Shown: positions 8,550 through 17,783, numbered from the stretch's first letter. The stretch: 64,000 nucleotides of DNA from Dehalococcoidia bacterium (GCA_963665735.1 OY762444.1:1867547-1931546); one strand, 5' to 3'. The notes: generated by a model from the letters alone, not told the origin. A program made the numbers and translations.

Positions 8550-10034
8550 TTGCTTTCGACGTTAACGCGCAGTCCCCGATACCAATGGTATGCCTTTGGC
8601 GCAGTCGCCATAGGCACCTCTGGGTCGGTGGTGGACTATGGCAGCGTGGGCGTGGCTCTACCGTCCATCGCTACCCATTTCGGCGCCGACATTCCCACGG
8701 TGCAATGGGTGGTCATCGGGTTCGCCGTGACGGTTATCGCCCTGCTGCTGCCGATGGGCCGGCTGGCCGACTTAATCGGCCTCAAGCGGGTCTATATCAT
8801 GGGTTCCCTGGTGTTCATCGCCGGAGCGTTGGCGGCGGGAATGGCCCCCAGCCTGGCCTTCCTCGCGCTGTCCCGGGTGGCCCAGGGAGTGGGGGCGGCC
8901 ATGACCCAGGGCACCGGCATGGCTATCGTAATTGCCGCCTTTCCGCCGTCGGAACGGGGCAAGGCTATCGGGCTGATTATGACGATGGTGGGAGCCGGGG
9001 CCATCGCCGGCCCGGCCCTGGGCGGCGCGCTGGTGGATGCTCTGGGCTGGCGGTCGGTGTTCTACGCCAACATTCCCATCATGGCGTTGAGCGTGGCGAC
9101 GGGAATGGCCGTGCTGCGGAACCACCGGGAGGATGCGGCCACCGGCGGCGCCGGCCGGGGCCGGTTCGACTGGCCGGGGGCAGCCATGTCTTCCGGCGCG
9201 CTGGTACTTTTCCTGGTTGCCATTACCAACGCCCACCGCGCCGGCTGGACCTCGCCGTTGATTCTGGCGGCGGGGGCCGGAGTGGTTGCGCTGTTGGCCG
9301 TCTTTGTCTGGTGGGAACTGCGCCGTCCCAACCCCATGCTGCAACTGCGTTTCTTCCGGCGGAGGAACTTCTCCCTGGGAGTGTCGGCCAACTTCCTGAC
9401 CTTCCTGGGGTCTTCGGCGGTGCTGTTTATGACGCCCTTCTACTTGCAGAACGTCCTGGACTACAGCCCGCGGGTGGCTGGGCTGGCGATGGTGCCGGGC
9501 GCGCTCTGCATGGCCCTGGTGGGGCCGTTGAGCGGGCGGTTGTCGGACAGGTACGGGTGGCGCAAGTTCACCGTGGGCGGGCTGTGCTTTTCGGCGGCGG
9601 GAATTTTCATCCTGTCCCAACAGACGGAAGGTTCGTCCCTGCTGGCGGTGGTGCCGGCGTTGACGCTGCAAAGCATCGGCATGGGTGTCTTTTACTCCCC
9701 CAACACCAGCGCGGCGTTGAGCGCCGTGGGTCGGGAATCCTACGGGGTGGTTTCCGGGTTCCTGAACCTGATCCGCAACGCGGGCAACGTCATCAGCATC
9801 GCCGCCGCCACCGCTATCGTGACGGCAACGATGGGGTCGTTGGGGTATGAGCCGAGCCTGGACGCCGTGCGGGGCGCGACGGTTTCGGGGGTGGAAATGG
9901 CCTTTACCGCCGGGTTGAAGCGGGCTTACCTGACGATGGTGGGCTGCGTGTTGGTGGCGATGTTCATTTCCGCGCTGCCATTGCACCGGGCGGCGGCGCC
10001 GGACAGAAGGGCAGAGTCGGCGGAGGACGGGTAA
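8550..10034 (+). CDS. MFS transporter, DHA2 (EmrB/QacA-like) drug:H+ antiporter family
   Basis: 494-aa polytopic ORF with a TTG start. It shows LPMGRLADLIGLKRVY (MFS motif A-like) and VAQGVGAAM, with many hydrophobic segments consistent with 14 TMS. Confidence 0.85.
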   Translation: MLSTLTRSPRYQWYAFGAVAIGTSGSVVDYGSVGVALPSIATHFGADIPTVQWVVIGFAVTVIALLLPMGRLADLIGLKRVYIMGSLVFIAGALAAGMAPSLAFLALSRVAQGVGAAMTQGTGMAIVIAAFPPSERGKAIGLIMTMVGAGAIAGPALGGALVDALGWRSVFYANIPIMALSVATGMAVLRNHREDAATGGAGRGRFDWPGAAMSSGALVLFLVAITNAHRAGWTSPLILAAGAGVVALLAVFVWWELRRPNPMLQLRFFRRRNFSLGVSANFLTFLGSSAVLFMTPFYLQNVLDYSPRVAGLAMVPGALCMALVGPLSGRLSDRYGWRKFTVGGLCFSAAGIFILSQQTEGSSLLAVVPALTLQSIGMGVFYSPNTSAALSAVGRESYGVVSGFLNLIRNAGNVISIAAATAIVTATMGSLGYEPSLDAVRGATVSGVEMAFTAGLKRAYLTMVGCVLVAMFISALPLHRAAAPDRRAESAEDG

Positions 10035-10039
10035 AGGGG

Positions 10040-10230
10040 GACGACCCCCATCCCAACCTTCCCCCTGGTAGGGGGAAGGGGTATTCCAGTTTTCATTCCT
10101 CGCCTTTTCATGTCATTCTGAGCAACGCGAAGAATCTAAAATTCTTGCCTTAACCAACCCTGCCCTGACCATAGCCGAAGGGGCGTCTTGCCCGAAGAAT
10201 TTTAGACCCTTCACTTCGTTCAGGGTAACA
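10040..10230. repeat. Intergenic repeat mosaic (family 1 hairpin 10057..10079; family 5 pair 10111..10149 and 10194..10230)
   Basis: TGTCATTCTGAGCAACGCGAAGAATCTAAAATTCTTGCC and GAATTTTAGACCCTTCACTTCGTTCAGGGTAACA recur at about 32190..32300, 50590..50700, 51030..51140 and 56929..57222. Confidence 0.8.
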
Positions 10231-10326
10231 ACCAAAAGACAAGGGTAAAGACGGCGGGTTGGTGGACAAGGCGGGGTTGCCGTGCCAGTATTGGGGAAAC
10301 GCCGGGCCGAGGATTGAGCGGTTAAG

Positions 10327-13300
10327 ATGACGCAACACTTTAACGACAACGACCCAAAATTTCCCCTGCTGGCCGCCCAAATCCTTGACCGCCACGACAC
10401 CGGCCAACCCGAGGCCAACATCACCAGCGCCATCCGCGATTTCCTAACCCAGACCGACCTGGCCCAAAGCGACGAAATCCGCGAGGAAAACCCGCCCTCC
10501 GACACCTCCCGCCGCGCCGTTGACCTGACCGCCCTGGACACCTTCATCGAAGTCAAGCGGCGCATCGGCACCGTCGGCGGCCTCAACCCCAACCCCGAAT
10601 ACGTCGCCCAACTCGACGACTACCTGGCCCTGTCCCAGCAGCAGGGCCGGATGCGTATGGGCATCCTTACCGACGGCAAGCATTGGCTACTGCGCTGGCC
10701 CGGCGCCGGCCCGGTCAACGCCGCGCCCCCCTACGCCTTCATCCTGCAATCCCCCGACGGTTGGACGCCTCTCTACGAATGGCTCCGGGACCACGCCCTG
10801 GAGTCCCAAGAAAACCTGTCCTCCGACCGCGAAAACATCGCCGCCCACTTCAGCCCGGTCAGCCCCAACTACCGCCGCGACATTGCCGCCCTGTCCGACC
10901 TGTACCGCCAATCCCGGGACTATGAAACCGTCCGGGTCAAGCGGCAGCTTTGGCAAGACCTGTTGCAGACCGCTCTCGGCGAAGTCGTCACCGCCCGCGA
11001 AGACCTGGACGACCTGTTTATCCGCCATACCTACCTCGGCGCCGTCATCGGCATGGTGGTGCAGGCATCCTTCGGCATTGACATCCGCCAACTGGCCGCC
11101 GTCGAACCCGAAGACCTGCTCAACGGTCGCCGTTTCCGCAGCGACACCGGACTGCAAGGCATCGTCGAATCCGACTTCTTCACCTGGCCCGCCGAAGTCG
11201 GCGGACGGCCCATCCTGCAAACCCTGGCCCGCCGCGTCGCCAAGTTCAACTGGCTCTCCGCCCCGCCCGACATCGGCGCCATCCTCTACGAAACCGTCAT
11301 TCCCCCCAATGAACGCCGTCAGTTGGGCGAATACTACACCCCCGCTTGGCTGGCCCGCGTCATGGTCAACGAACTGGTGTCCAACCCTCTCAACCAGCGC
11401 GTCCTTGACCCGGCTTGCGGCTCCGGCGCCTTCATCGTCCAGGCCGTAACCCACTTCATCCAAGCCGCCCAGCAGACCAGTTGGGAACCCAAAGAAGTCC
11501 TGACCCGCCTCCGCGACGCCGTAACCGGCATTGACGTTCACCCCGCCGCCGTCCACCTGGCCCGCGCCGCCTGGGCCCTGGCCGCCCGCCCCGCTATCAA
11601 CGCCGCCGCTGCCGCCGGTTTCGACGCCTCCCTTTCCGTCCCCGTTTACCTCGGCGACGCCCTCCAACTCCGTTTCCGCACCGGCGATATGTTCGCCGAG
11701 AACGAAGTCACCATCCAGACCCAGGACGAGGCCAACACCGAACTGGTATTCCCGGTAAGCCTGGTGGAACGCGCCGAAAATTTCGATTCCCTCATGGCCC
11801 AAGTCGCCGAGTCCATCGAAAAAGGCGAAGACCCCGCCCTGGCCCTGGACGACCACCATATTACCGACCCCGGCGAGCGGCAGACCCTTCAAGCCACCTT
11901 CGCCGCCATGCAGCAGCTTCACCGCCAGGGCCGCGACCACATCTGGGCCTACTATACCCAAAACATGGTGCGCCCCGTCGCCCTCTCCCGCGCCAGGGTG
12001 GACGTGCTTATCGGCAATCCTCCCTGGATTAACTACAATCAGACCGTGGACGTGCTGCGGGGAGCGTTGCGCTACCTCAGCAGCAACACCTACGGCATCT
12101 GGGCCGGCGGACGCTACGCCACCCAGCAGGACATGGCCGGCCTCTTCTTCACCCGCTGCGTTGACCTCTACCTCAAAGAATTCGGCGTCATCGGCTTTGT
12201 CATGCCCCACAGCGCCTTGCAGACCGGCCAATACTCCAAGTGGCGCTCCGGCCGCTGGGGAGCCGGGAATAGCGTCAATGCCGTTTTTGCGGATTTCACC
12301 TACAAGACAGCCTGGGACTTGGAGGGACTGGAACCCAATACCTTTTTCCCGGTGCCGGCCTCGGTGATTTTTGCCCAACGCCGGACCCCGAATGCCAGAC
12401 CCTTGACCGCCAATGTAGAGCGTTGGTCGGGCCAAACCGATTCCGACAACGTGCTGCGGGAATACAGCGCCATTACCGATACCTCTGTCGCCGGCCAATC
12501 CCCCTACTCTGGACTATCCAGGAACGGGGCTACCATATTTCCCCGCTGCTTGTTTTTCGTCAACGAAACCGAAAACCCCGCCATCATCCGGGCCGGCCAG
12601 ACCGTCACCGTCACCCCCCGCCGCGGCAGCTTGGACAAGGCCCCCTGGAAAGACCTGGACTTGACCGCCATCACCAATCAGACCGTCGAGCGCACCCACC
12701 TTTTCGACGTGCATCTTGGGGAGACCGTCGCCCCCTACGTCACCCTGGAACCGTTAAGAGCTTTGCTGCCCCTGAAACAAGGCGACGCCGACCTGCCCGC
12801 CGATGAGGACGGCCCCGGTGGAATAGACCTGGGCGGACTGGAACGCCGGATGCGGGACCGCTGGCAGACCGTCAGCAATTTGTGGGATTCCAACAAGAAA
12901 GCATCCGAGAAGAAGAACTTGCTGGAACAGTTGGACTATATCCACAAATTTACGTCGCAACTGGATTGGCAACAAGATTCGGGTAATCGTCCATACCGCA
13001 TAATTTATAACAAGTCCGGTGAACCTACGGCAGCGTTGTTGAATGACGATGCAGCATTGGTCGAAAACGTCTTGTATTGGATTACTTGCAAAGATTTGGA
13101 CGAGGCCAACTACCTGCTGGCAATCATCAATAGCGACGCTTTATATCAAGCGGCCCAACCTCTGATGTCCAAGGGACAATTCGGGGCGCGGGACTTGCAA
13201 AAACACCTGTGGAAACTGCCCATCCCCGAATACGACTTCCGGCAGAAACTCCACGTCGCCATAGCCAAGGCCGGGGAACGGGCGGCGGCCGGCGCGGCGG

Positions 13301-13677
13301 AAAAGCTGGCCCGGGTGCGTCAAGAACGGGGCGACAAATTCACCGTAACCATCGCCCGGCGGGAACTGCGGGCCTGGCTGCGCTCCTCGCCGGAGGGCGC
13401 GGAAGTCGAGGCGGCAGTCAAGGCTTTGCTGGGCCAGGGCGTGGACTTTCGCGGCGTCATCACCATCGAGGCGGACAAGCGTTTCGGCAAACCCTGCATC
13501 CGGGGCCTCCGCATGACCGTCCAGGACGTAATGGAATACCTGGCCGGCGGCGAAACCTGGGCTGTAATGATGGAAGACTTTGGCCTGACCGAACCCGACC
13601 TCCACGCCTGCCTGTCCTTCGCCGCCGCCGAGGAGATGGATGACGACTACGCCCGTCTCCGTAAAGCTGTTATTTGA
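10327..13677 (+). CDS. Type IIL/IIG-like fused restriction endonuclease / N6-adenine methyltransferase with a C-terminal DUF433-like domain
   Basis: 1116-aa ORF. The N-terminus shows RRAVDLTALDTFIEVKRR ... GILTDGKHWLLR, a D-x8-E-x-K PD-(D/E)xK core. Methylase motif I is VLDPACGSGAFIV and motif IV is LIGNPPWINY, followed by a long TRD-like region. The last ~75 aa (VITIEADKRFGKPCIRGLRMTVQDVMEYLAGGETWAVMMEDFGLTEPDLHACLSFAA) fit the DUF433 pattern. Confidence 0.8.
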   Translation: MTQHFNDNDPKFPLLAAQILDRHDTGQPEANITSAIRDFLTQTDLAQSDEIREENPPSDTSRRAVDLTALDTFIEVKRRIGTVGGLNPNPEYVAQLDDYLALSQQQGRMRMGILTDGKHWLLRWPGAGPVNAAPPYAFILQSPDGWTPLYEWLRDHALESQENLSSDRENIAAHFSPVSPNYRRDIAALSDLYRQSRDYETVRVKRQLWQDLLQTALGEVVTAREDLDDLFIRHTYLGAVIGMVVQASFGIDIRQLAAVEPEDLLNGRRFRSDTGLQGIVESDFFTWPAEVGGRPILQTLARRVAKFNWLSAPPDIGAILYETVIPPNERRQLGEYYTPAWLARVMVNELVSNPLNQRVLDPACGSGAFIVQAVTHFIQAAQQTSWEPKEVLTRLRDAVTGIDVHPAAVHLARAAWALAARPAINAAAAAGFDASLSVPVYLGDALQLRFRTGDMFAENEVTIQTQDEANTELVFPVSLVERAENFDSLMAQVAESIEKGEDPALALDDHHITDPGERQTLQATFAAMQQLHRQGRDHIWAYYTQNMVRPVALSRARVDVLIGNPPWINYNQTVDVLRGALRYLSSNTYGIWAGGRYATQQDMAGLFFTRCVDLYLKEFGVIGFVMPHSALQTGQYSKWRSGRWGAGNSVNAVFADFTYKTAWDLEGLEPNTFFPVPASVIFAQRRTPNARPLTANVERWSGQTDSDNVLREYSAITDTSVAGQSPYSGLSRNGATIFPRCLFFVNETENPAIIRAGQTVTVTPRRGSLDKAPWKDLDLTAITNQTVERTHLFDVHLGETVAPYVTLEPLRALLPLKQGDADLPADEDGPGGIDLGGLERRMRDRWQTVSNLWDSNKKASEKKNLLEQLDYIHKFTSQLDWQQDSGNRPYRIIYNKSGEPTAALLNDDAALVENVLYWITCKDLDEANYLLAIINSDALYQAAQPLMSKGQFGARDLQKHLWKLPIPEYDFRQKLHVAIAKAGERAAAGAAEKLARVRQERGDKFTVTIARRELRAWLRSSPEGAEVEAAVKALLGQGVDFRGVITIEADKRFGKPCIRGLRMTVQDVMEYLAGGETWAVMMEDFGLTEPDLHACLSFAAAEEMDDDYARLRKAVI

Positions 13678-13993
13678 CAAAAACCTGTCGCCCCGGTTGC
13701 CGCGACTTTTGGCCGACCTGTTCCCGGGTTCGCTCCACGTCCAGGACGTTGACATGGGCGGGGCGCCTGACCTTGGCATTTGGGCCTACGCCATAGACGC
13801 AGGATTTACCATCGTCACCAAAGACCGCGACTACCTGGGACTAAGCGAATCGCGCGGTCATCCGCCCAAAGTCGTGCTGATTCGGCGGGGCAACTGCACC
13901 AGGTTGGAAATGGCAACCCTCCTCCGCCAACACCACCCCGACATAATCGCCCTCCACCAGGACCCCCAGCGGGGTTTGCTGCAACTGTCCTGA
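13640..13993 (+). CDS. DUF5615-like PIN-like domain protein (putative toxin/nuclease partner of DUF433)
   Basis: MTTTPVSVKLLFDKNLSPRLPRLLADLF...GAPDLGIWAYAIDAGFTIVTKDRDYLGL...PPKVVLIRRGN follows the DUF5615 pattern. ATG 13640 has GAGGAG 4 nt upstream and overlaps the upstream ORF (stop 13675..13677) by 38 nt. Confidence 0.7.
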   Translation: MTTTPVSVKLLFDKNLSPRLPRLLADLFPGSLHVQDVDMGGAPDLGIWAYAIDAGFTIVTKDRDYLGLSESRGHPPKVVLIRRGNCTRLEMATLLRQHHPDIIALHQDPQRGLLQLS

Positions 13994-14108
13994 AACCAAA
14001 AAAATCCCCTCCCCCTGACGAGGGGGAGGGTTAGGATGAGTTTAGTCCCTGCCCAACCATCTGTTACAATCAAGCAAACGCGGCAAGCCCCCCAAAGAGG
14101 TATCCAGC

Positions 14109-14465
14109 ATGGGAACATTCAACTGGCCAGTGCGGATTTCCAGCATCGACGGCCAACAATTCCGCGACGTGACAGCAGAGGTGGACACCGGCTCTTCCTA
14201 TACCACCCTGCCCGGTAGTATGCTGCGGGAGTTGGGAATCGTACCCAAGGGCCGGCGCACGTTGTTGTTGGCCAACAATCAGCGCGTTAACCTGGAGTAC
14301 GGGGAGGCGCTGGCCACCATAGACGGAGAAAGCGTCACCACTCTGGTGCTCTTTGGCGACGACCAATCCCCGGCCCTGTTGGGCGCCTACACCTTGGAGG
14401 GTCTGGCCCTGGCCGTTGACCCCGTAGCCCAGCGACTGGTTCCAACTGCGATGATTATGTACTAA
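14109..14465 (+). CDS. Retropepsin-like (clan AA) aspartic protease, second copy
   Basis: 118 aa. DVTAEVDTGSSYTTLPGSMLRELGI carries the DTG(S) active site. Its size and layout resemble 4926..5309. Confidence 0.7.
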   Translation: MGTFNWPVRISSIDGQQFRDVTAEVDTGSSYTTLPGSMLRELGIVPKGRRTLLLANNQRVNLEYGEALATIDGESVTTLVLFGDDQSPALLGAYTLEGLALAVDPVAQRLVPTAMIMY

Positions 14466-14605
14466 CATCCTCGCCAAGCCAACCCCGTCAAGACATCCCC
14501 TCCCCCTGGCAGGGGGAGGGGCCTTTCATTGGTGGACAAGCCGGGGTTGGCGTGCCAGTATTGGGACAACAGTGGGGATATTTCTGAAAGGAAGGGGAGG
14601 ACGCT

Positions 14606-16618
14606 ATGGCAGTCACCAGGTTGGAGATTACATCGGAACAGGCGTTGGCCGGTGGTCAGATATTCGGGGAAGTTGGCGCTTATCGGCAAATTGACGGCAT
14701 CGCCCACTTCGCCGTTGACCCGGCGCATCCGGCCAACGAGTTGGTCACGGACTTGAAACTGGCCCCAAGGAACGCGGCGGGTAAAGTCGAGTTTTCGGCG
14801 GACTTTCGCATCCTACGGCCCGAAGACGCCGCCCAGGGCAGCCGCCGGCTGTTTTTCGACGTGCTGAACCGGGGCCGCGGCACCGCGCTGCGGAACTTCA
14901 ACGATGCCCCGGACTTGGCGGCAGACCAGCCCCTGGACGCCGGCAACGGGTTCCTGATGCGCCAGGGTTATACCGTCGTCTGGTGCGGCTGGCAGCACGA
15001 CGCGCCGGACTTGCCGGGGGTGATGCGGCTGAACGCGCCGGGGGCCTTGGACGCGGCGGGCAATCCGGTGTCGGGCAAGCTGGTGGTGACTTTCCACTCC
15101 AACGAAAGGATAACGCAGCAATTCCTGTCCGACCGCAACCACCGGCCCTATCCGGCCAACAACCTGCAAGACCCGGAGGCGGTCTTGACGGTGCAGGAAC
15201 ACGAGGACGCGCCGGAAACGGTAGTCCCGCGGGAAAAGTGGGCCTTTGGCCGCCTGGAAAACGGCGAGTTTACGCCGGACGCCTCCCACGTCTGCATGGC
15301 TGACGGGTTCGAGGCCGGCAAGGTTTACCAGGTAATTTACTCCACCACCGGCGCGCCCATCGTGGGCCTGGGGCTGGCGGCGACGCGGGATTTGGCGTCG
15401 TTCCTGCGTTACGCCGGCGGGGATTCAGGTAATCCCTGCGCCGGGGAACTGGAGCACGCCTACACTTTCGGGTCGTCGCAGAGCGGCCGATTCCTGCGCG
15501 ACTTGCTGCACCTGGGCATGAACCTGGACGAGGAAGGCCGGCAAGCCTTTGACGGGTTGATTCCCCACGTCGCCGGGGCCAAGCACGGCGAGTTTAACCA
15601 ACGGTTTGCCCAGCCGTCCAGCCAGGCCAGCCGCAGTCCCAACAACCTGTTCCCCTTCAGCGACGCGGCGCAGACCGACCCGGAAACGGGAATCACCGAC
15701 GGAATTTTGACCCGGCTGGCGGAACGGGGCGCCGTTCCCAAGGTGATGTACACCTATACGTCGTCGGAATACTGGGGCGGGGGCGGCGCGCTGGTGCATA
15801 CCGACATCACGGGAACGCAGGACGTGGCGATTCCCGAAGACGTGCGGGTTTACGTTTTCGGCGGGGCGCAGCATCCGTTGGGAACGCCGCAGCTGCGCGA
15901 CAAAGACCCGGTGAACGGCAGCCACGGCCAGCAGCCCTTCAACTGCGTTGACTACCGGCCCTTGCTGCGGGCGGCCATCGCCAACCTGGACCGTTGGGTC
16001 AGCGATGGAACTCCCCCGCCGGCCAGCGGCCACCCGCGCATTGCCGACGGCACGGCGGTTGAGCCGGAGGCGGTGGCGGGAACCTTCCAAGCCCTTCCGG
16101 GGGTGAACTTCCCTAATCCCCTGCGGCGGTTCCGGCGGTTGGACTTCGGGTTTGACGGCGGGGTTGCCAACCAGGTTCCGGCGGTCTTTGGGGCAGCATA
16201 TCCCAACCTGGTGTGCGCCGTGGACGGAGACGGCAACGAACTGGCGGGAATCCGTATGCCGATGGTGCAAGCGCCCCTGGCAACCTACGCCGGCTGGAAC
16301 CTGCGCCACGCCGACATTGGCGGCGAGGGACAGATATTGTCCTCCGGCGGGGCCACCGGCGGCACCCTCATCGGCTCGACCATTCCCTTCCCGGCAACTC
16401 GGGAGGCCCGGGAAGAGACCGGAGACCCAAGGCTTTCCATCGAAGAGCGGTACGCCTCGCCAGAGGACTACGTGGCGCAAGTCCGCCGGGCTGCGGAAGC
16501 GATGATTGCGGAAGAGTATATCCTGGAAGAAGACCTGCCCCGGATATGCCGCCAAGCCGCCGCCCATTACGAAGAGTTGGCCGCCCCGGTTGCCGAACCC
16601 CAACCGGCGGACAACTAG
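14606..16618 (+). CDS. Conserved hypothetical protein, 670 aa (possible hydrolase)
   Basis: Long ORF with GGGGAGG 5 nt upstream of the ATG. The N-terminus MAVTRLEITSEQALAGGQIFGEVGAYRQIDGIAHFAVDPAHPAN resembles a widespread uncharacterised family that I cannot name with certainty. Confidence 0.6.
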   Translation: MAVTRLEITSEQALAGGQIFGEVGAYRQIDGIAHFAVDPAHPANELVTDLKLAPRNAAGKVEFSADFRILRPEDAAQGSRRLFFDVLNRGRGTALRNFNDAPDLAADQPLDAGNGFLMRQGYTVVWCGWQHDAPDLPGVMRLNAPGALDAAGNPVSGKLVVTFHSNERITQQFLSDRNHRPYPANNLQDPEAVLTVQEHEDAPETVVPREKWAFGRLENGEFTPDASHVCMADGFEAGKVYQVIYSTTGAPIVGLGLAATRDLASFLRYAGGDSGNPCAGELEHAYTFGSSQSGRFLRDLLHLGMNLDEEGRQAFDGLIPHVAGAKHGEFNQRFAQPSSQASRSPNNLFPFSDAAQTDPETGITDGILTRLAERGAVPKVMYTYTSSEYWGGGGALVHTDITGTQDVAIPEDVRVYVFGGAQHPLGTPQLRDKDPVNGSHGQQPFNCVDYRPLLRAAIANLDRWVSDGTPPPASGHPRIADGTAVEPEAVAGTFQALPGVNFPNPLRRFRRLDFGFDGGVANQVPAVFGAAYPNLVCAVDGDGNELAGIRMPMVQAPLATYAGWNLRHADIGGEGQILSSGGATGGTLIGSTIPFPATREAREETGDPRLSIEERYASPEDYVAQVRRAAEAMIAEEYILEEDLPRICRQAAAHYEELAAPVAEPQPADN

Positions 16619-16630
16619 GGGCTTTTATCC

Positions 16631-16754
16631 GTTGGATTGATGACGAACCTAAAAAGACCGTCATACCGGCGCCGGCCGGTATCCAGGATTTCTTGCCCTC
16701 AAGTACGCCGTTCCGGGCTGGCATTTCTGGATTCCGTCTTTCGCCGGAATGACG
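16631..16754. repeat. MITE-like composite element (family 3), left flank of a two-gene cassette
   Basis: GTTGGATTGATGACGAACC...CCGTCATACCGGCGCCGGCCGGTATCCAGGATTTCTTGCC...TTCCGGGCTGGCATTTCTGGATTCCGTCTTTCGCCGGAATGACG. The terminal inverted repeats are CCGTCAT(A/T)CCGGCG / CGCCGGAATGACGG. Confidence 0.75.
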
Positions 16755-16788
16755 ATTTGGATTCCAAGATGGATCGGACGGGGGCCGG

Positions 16789-17253
16789 ATGGAAACCCTC
16801 GTAGTACAATTTACGGTGCCTGACCGCCAGGGTCTTGACGACGCCGATAGAGTAGCATTGCTGGACGCCGAGGGGATGAGCGCTTTGCCGCCCAACCGGG
16901 CGGAGCAGGCATGGGGAGGCCCAGTTCCGAGCCAGGCCAGTTTGATTGCAATGATTCAAGATTCGGCCGTATTCGTGACTAAGGACTGGATGGTTACGAT
17001 TCGCGGCAACAAGCTGATTGACTGCGTTGCCGGAATGTGCGCCTTCCTGAACGTGCTTTCGCAACAATTGGGTACGCCTGTGGGGGTCGAATTATCAAAT
17101 ACCCACTACCGCAGTCTCAGACCGCTTTATAGGCAACTAGACCGTGAACGCACGATTCGGCAATGGCGGAGCATCGGGATTTGGGTTGTCACAATTGTAT
17201 GCGGCGCGATGTTGGGCGCGGCTATTTCGTGGGTAATCCAGGGAGTTCTATAA
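16789..17253 (+). CDS. Hypothetical protein with a C-terminal TM helix
   Basis: 154-aa ORF with the C-terminal helix IGIWVVTIVCGAMLGAAISWVIQGVL. No family recognised. AT-richer by eye. Confidence 0.5.
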   Translation: METLVVQFTVPDRQGLDDADRVALLDAEGMSALPPNRAEQAWGGPVPSQASLIAMIQDSAVFVTKDWMVTIRGNKLIDCVAGMCAFLNVLSQQLGTPVGVELSNTHYRSLRPLYRQLDRERTIRQWRSIGIWVVTIVCGAMLGAAISWVIQGVL

Positions 17254-17256
17254 ACT

Positions 17257-17643
17257 ATGGTACAGGCATCCGTGGACACTATTGCCAAACAAATCGTGGA
17301 GACTGCCCAATCCTGCGGTTACCTGGCTACAATGGATCCGGACACTCCCCGCTTCCGGTTCTTCGGCTGGTTCCGAGGCCGTAAATTCCGGCCCGATGTC
17401 CGAGTGACCAACGGAAGCCGCTCGGCGATCGTGGTGGCCAGGTCAGGGCCTGTGATATTCTACGACGTTTTCCTGATTGACCAGGCCAGGAACAAAAAGG
17501 ATACCGGAGCCCTCATCTGCGTTCCCGACGATGCGTTTTTGCGGATTCGGGAGAGCGCCAGGGAATACGCCGAAGAGCTGGACGTGCGCCTGTGTAAGTT
17601 GTCGGTCGTCGGGAAAGAACTTAGGGACTTGCTCGACCATTAG
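17257..17643 (+). CDS. Hypothetical cytosolic protein
   Basis: 128-aa ORF starting 3 nt after the upstream stop. It contains RPDVRVTNGSRSAIVVARSG, which is only weakly reminiscent of a degenerate PD-(D/E)xK strand pair. No family recognised. Confidence 0.5.
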   Translation: MVQASVDTIAKQIVETAQSCGYLATMDPDTPRFRFFGWFRGRKFRPDVRVTNGSRSAIVVARSGPVIFYDVFLIDQARNKKDTGALICVPDDAFLRIRESAREYAEELDVRLCKLSVVGKELRDLLDH

Positions 17644-17653
17644 TCTGACACTG

Positions 17654-17783
17654 TTGAATTGATGATTACCCATGCCAAACGAAAACCCGTCATACCGGCG
17701 CAGGCCGGTATCCAGGATTCCTTGCCTTCGAGAACACCTTCCGGGCTGGAATTTCTGGATTCCGGCTTTCACCGGTATGACGC
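17654..17783. repeat. MITE-like composite element (family 3), right flank of the two-gene cassette, same orientation as 16631..16754
   Basis: GTTGAATTGATGATTACCC...CCGTCATACCGGCGCAGGCCGGTATCCAGGATTCCTTGCC...TTCCGGGCTGGAATTTCTGGATTCCGGCTTTCACCGGTATGACG. Confidence 0.75.

Noticed and set aside
13141-13779. ORF 13141..13779 (minus) overlapping the junction of the R-M gene and the PIN-like gene as a possible antisense antitoxin or regulator.
   Set aside because: Its product is low-complexity with no start context and no motif, and it lies fully within well-supported sense coding sequence. It is a GC shadow frame.
16631-17783. Integron-type gene cassette, with flanking elements beginning GTTGGAT / GTTGAAT (GTTRRRY-like) as attC sites.
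   Set aside because: No intI gene or attI is present, and there is no array of promoterless cassettes. The flanks belong to the dispersed MITE-like family 3 found throughout the window. The resemblance is limited to a 7-mer.
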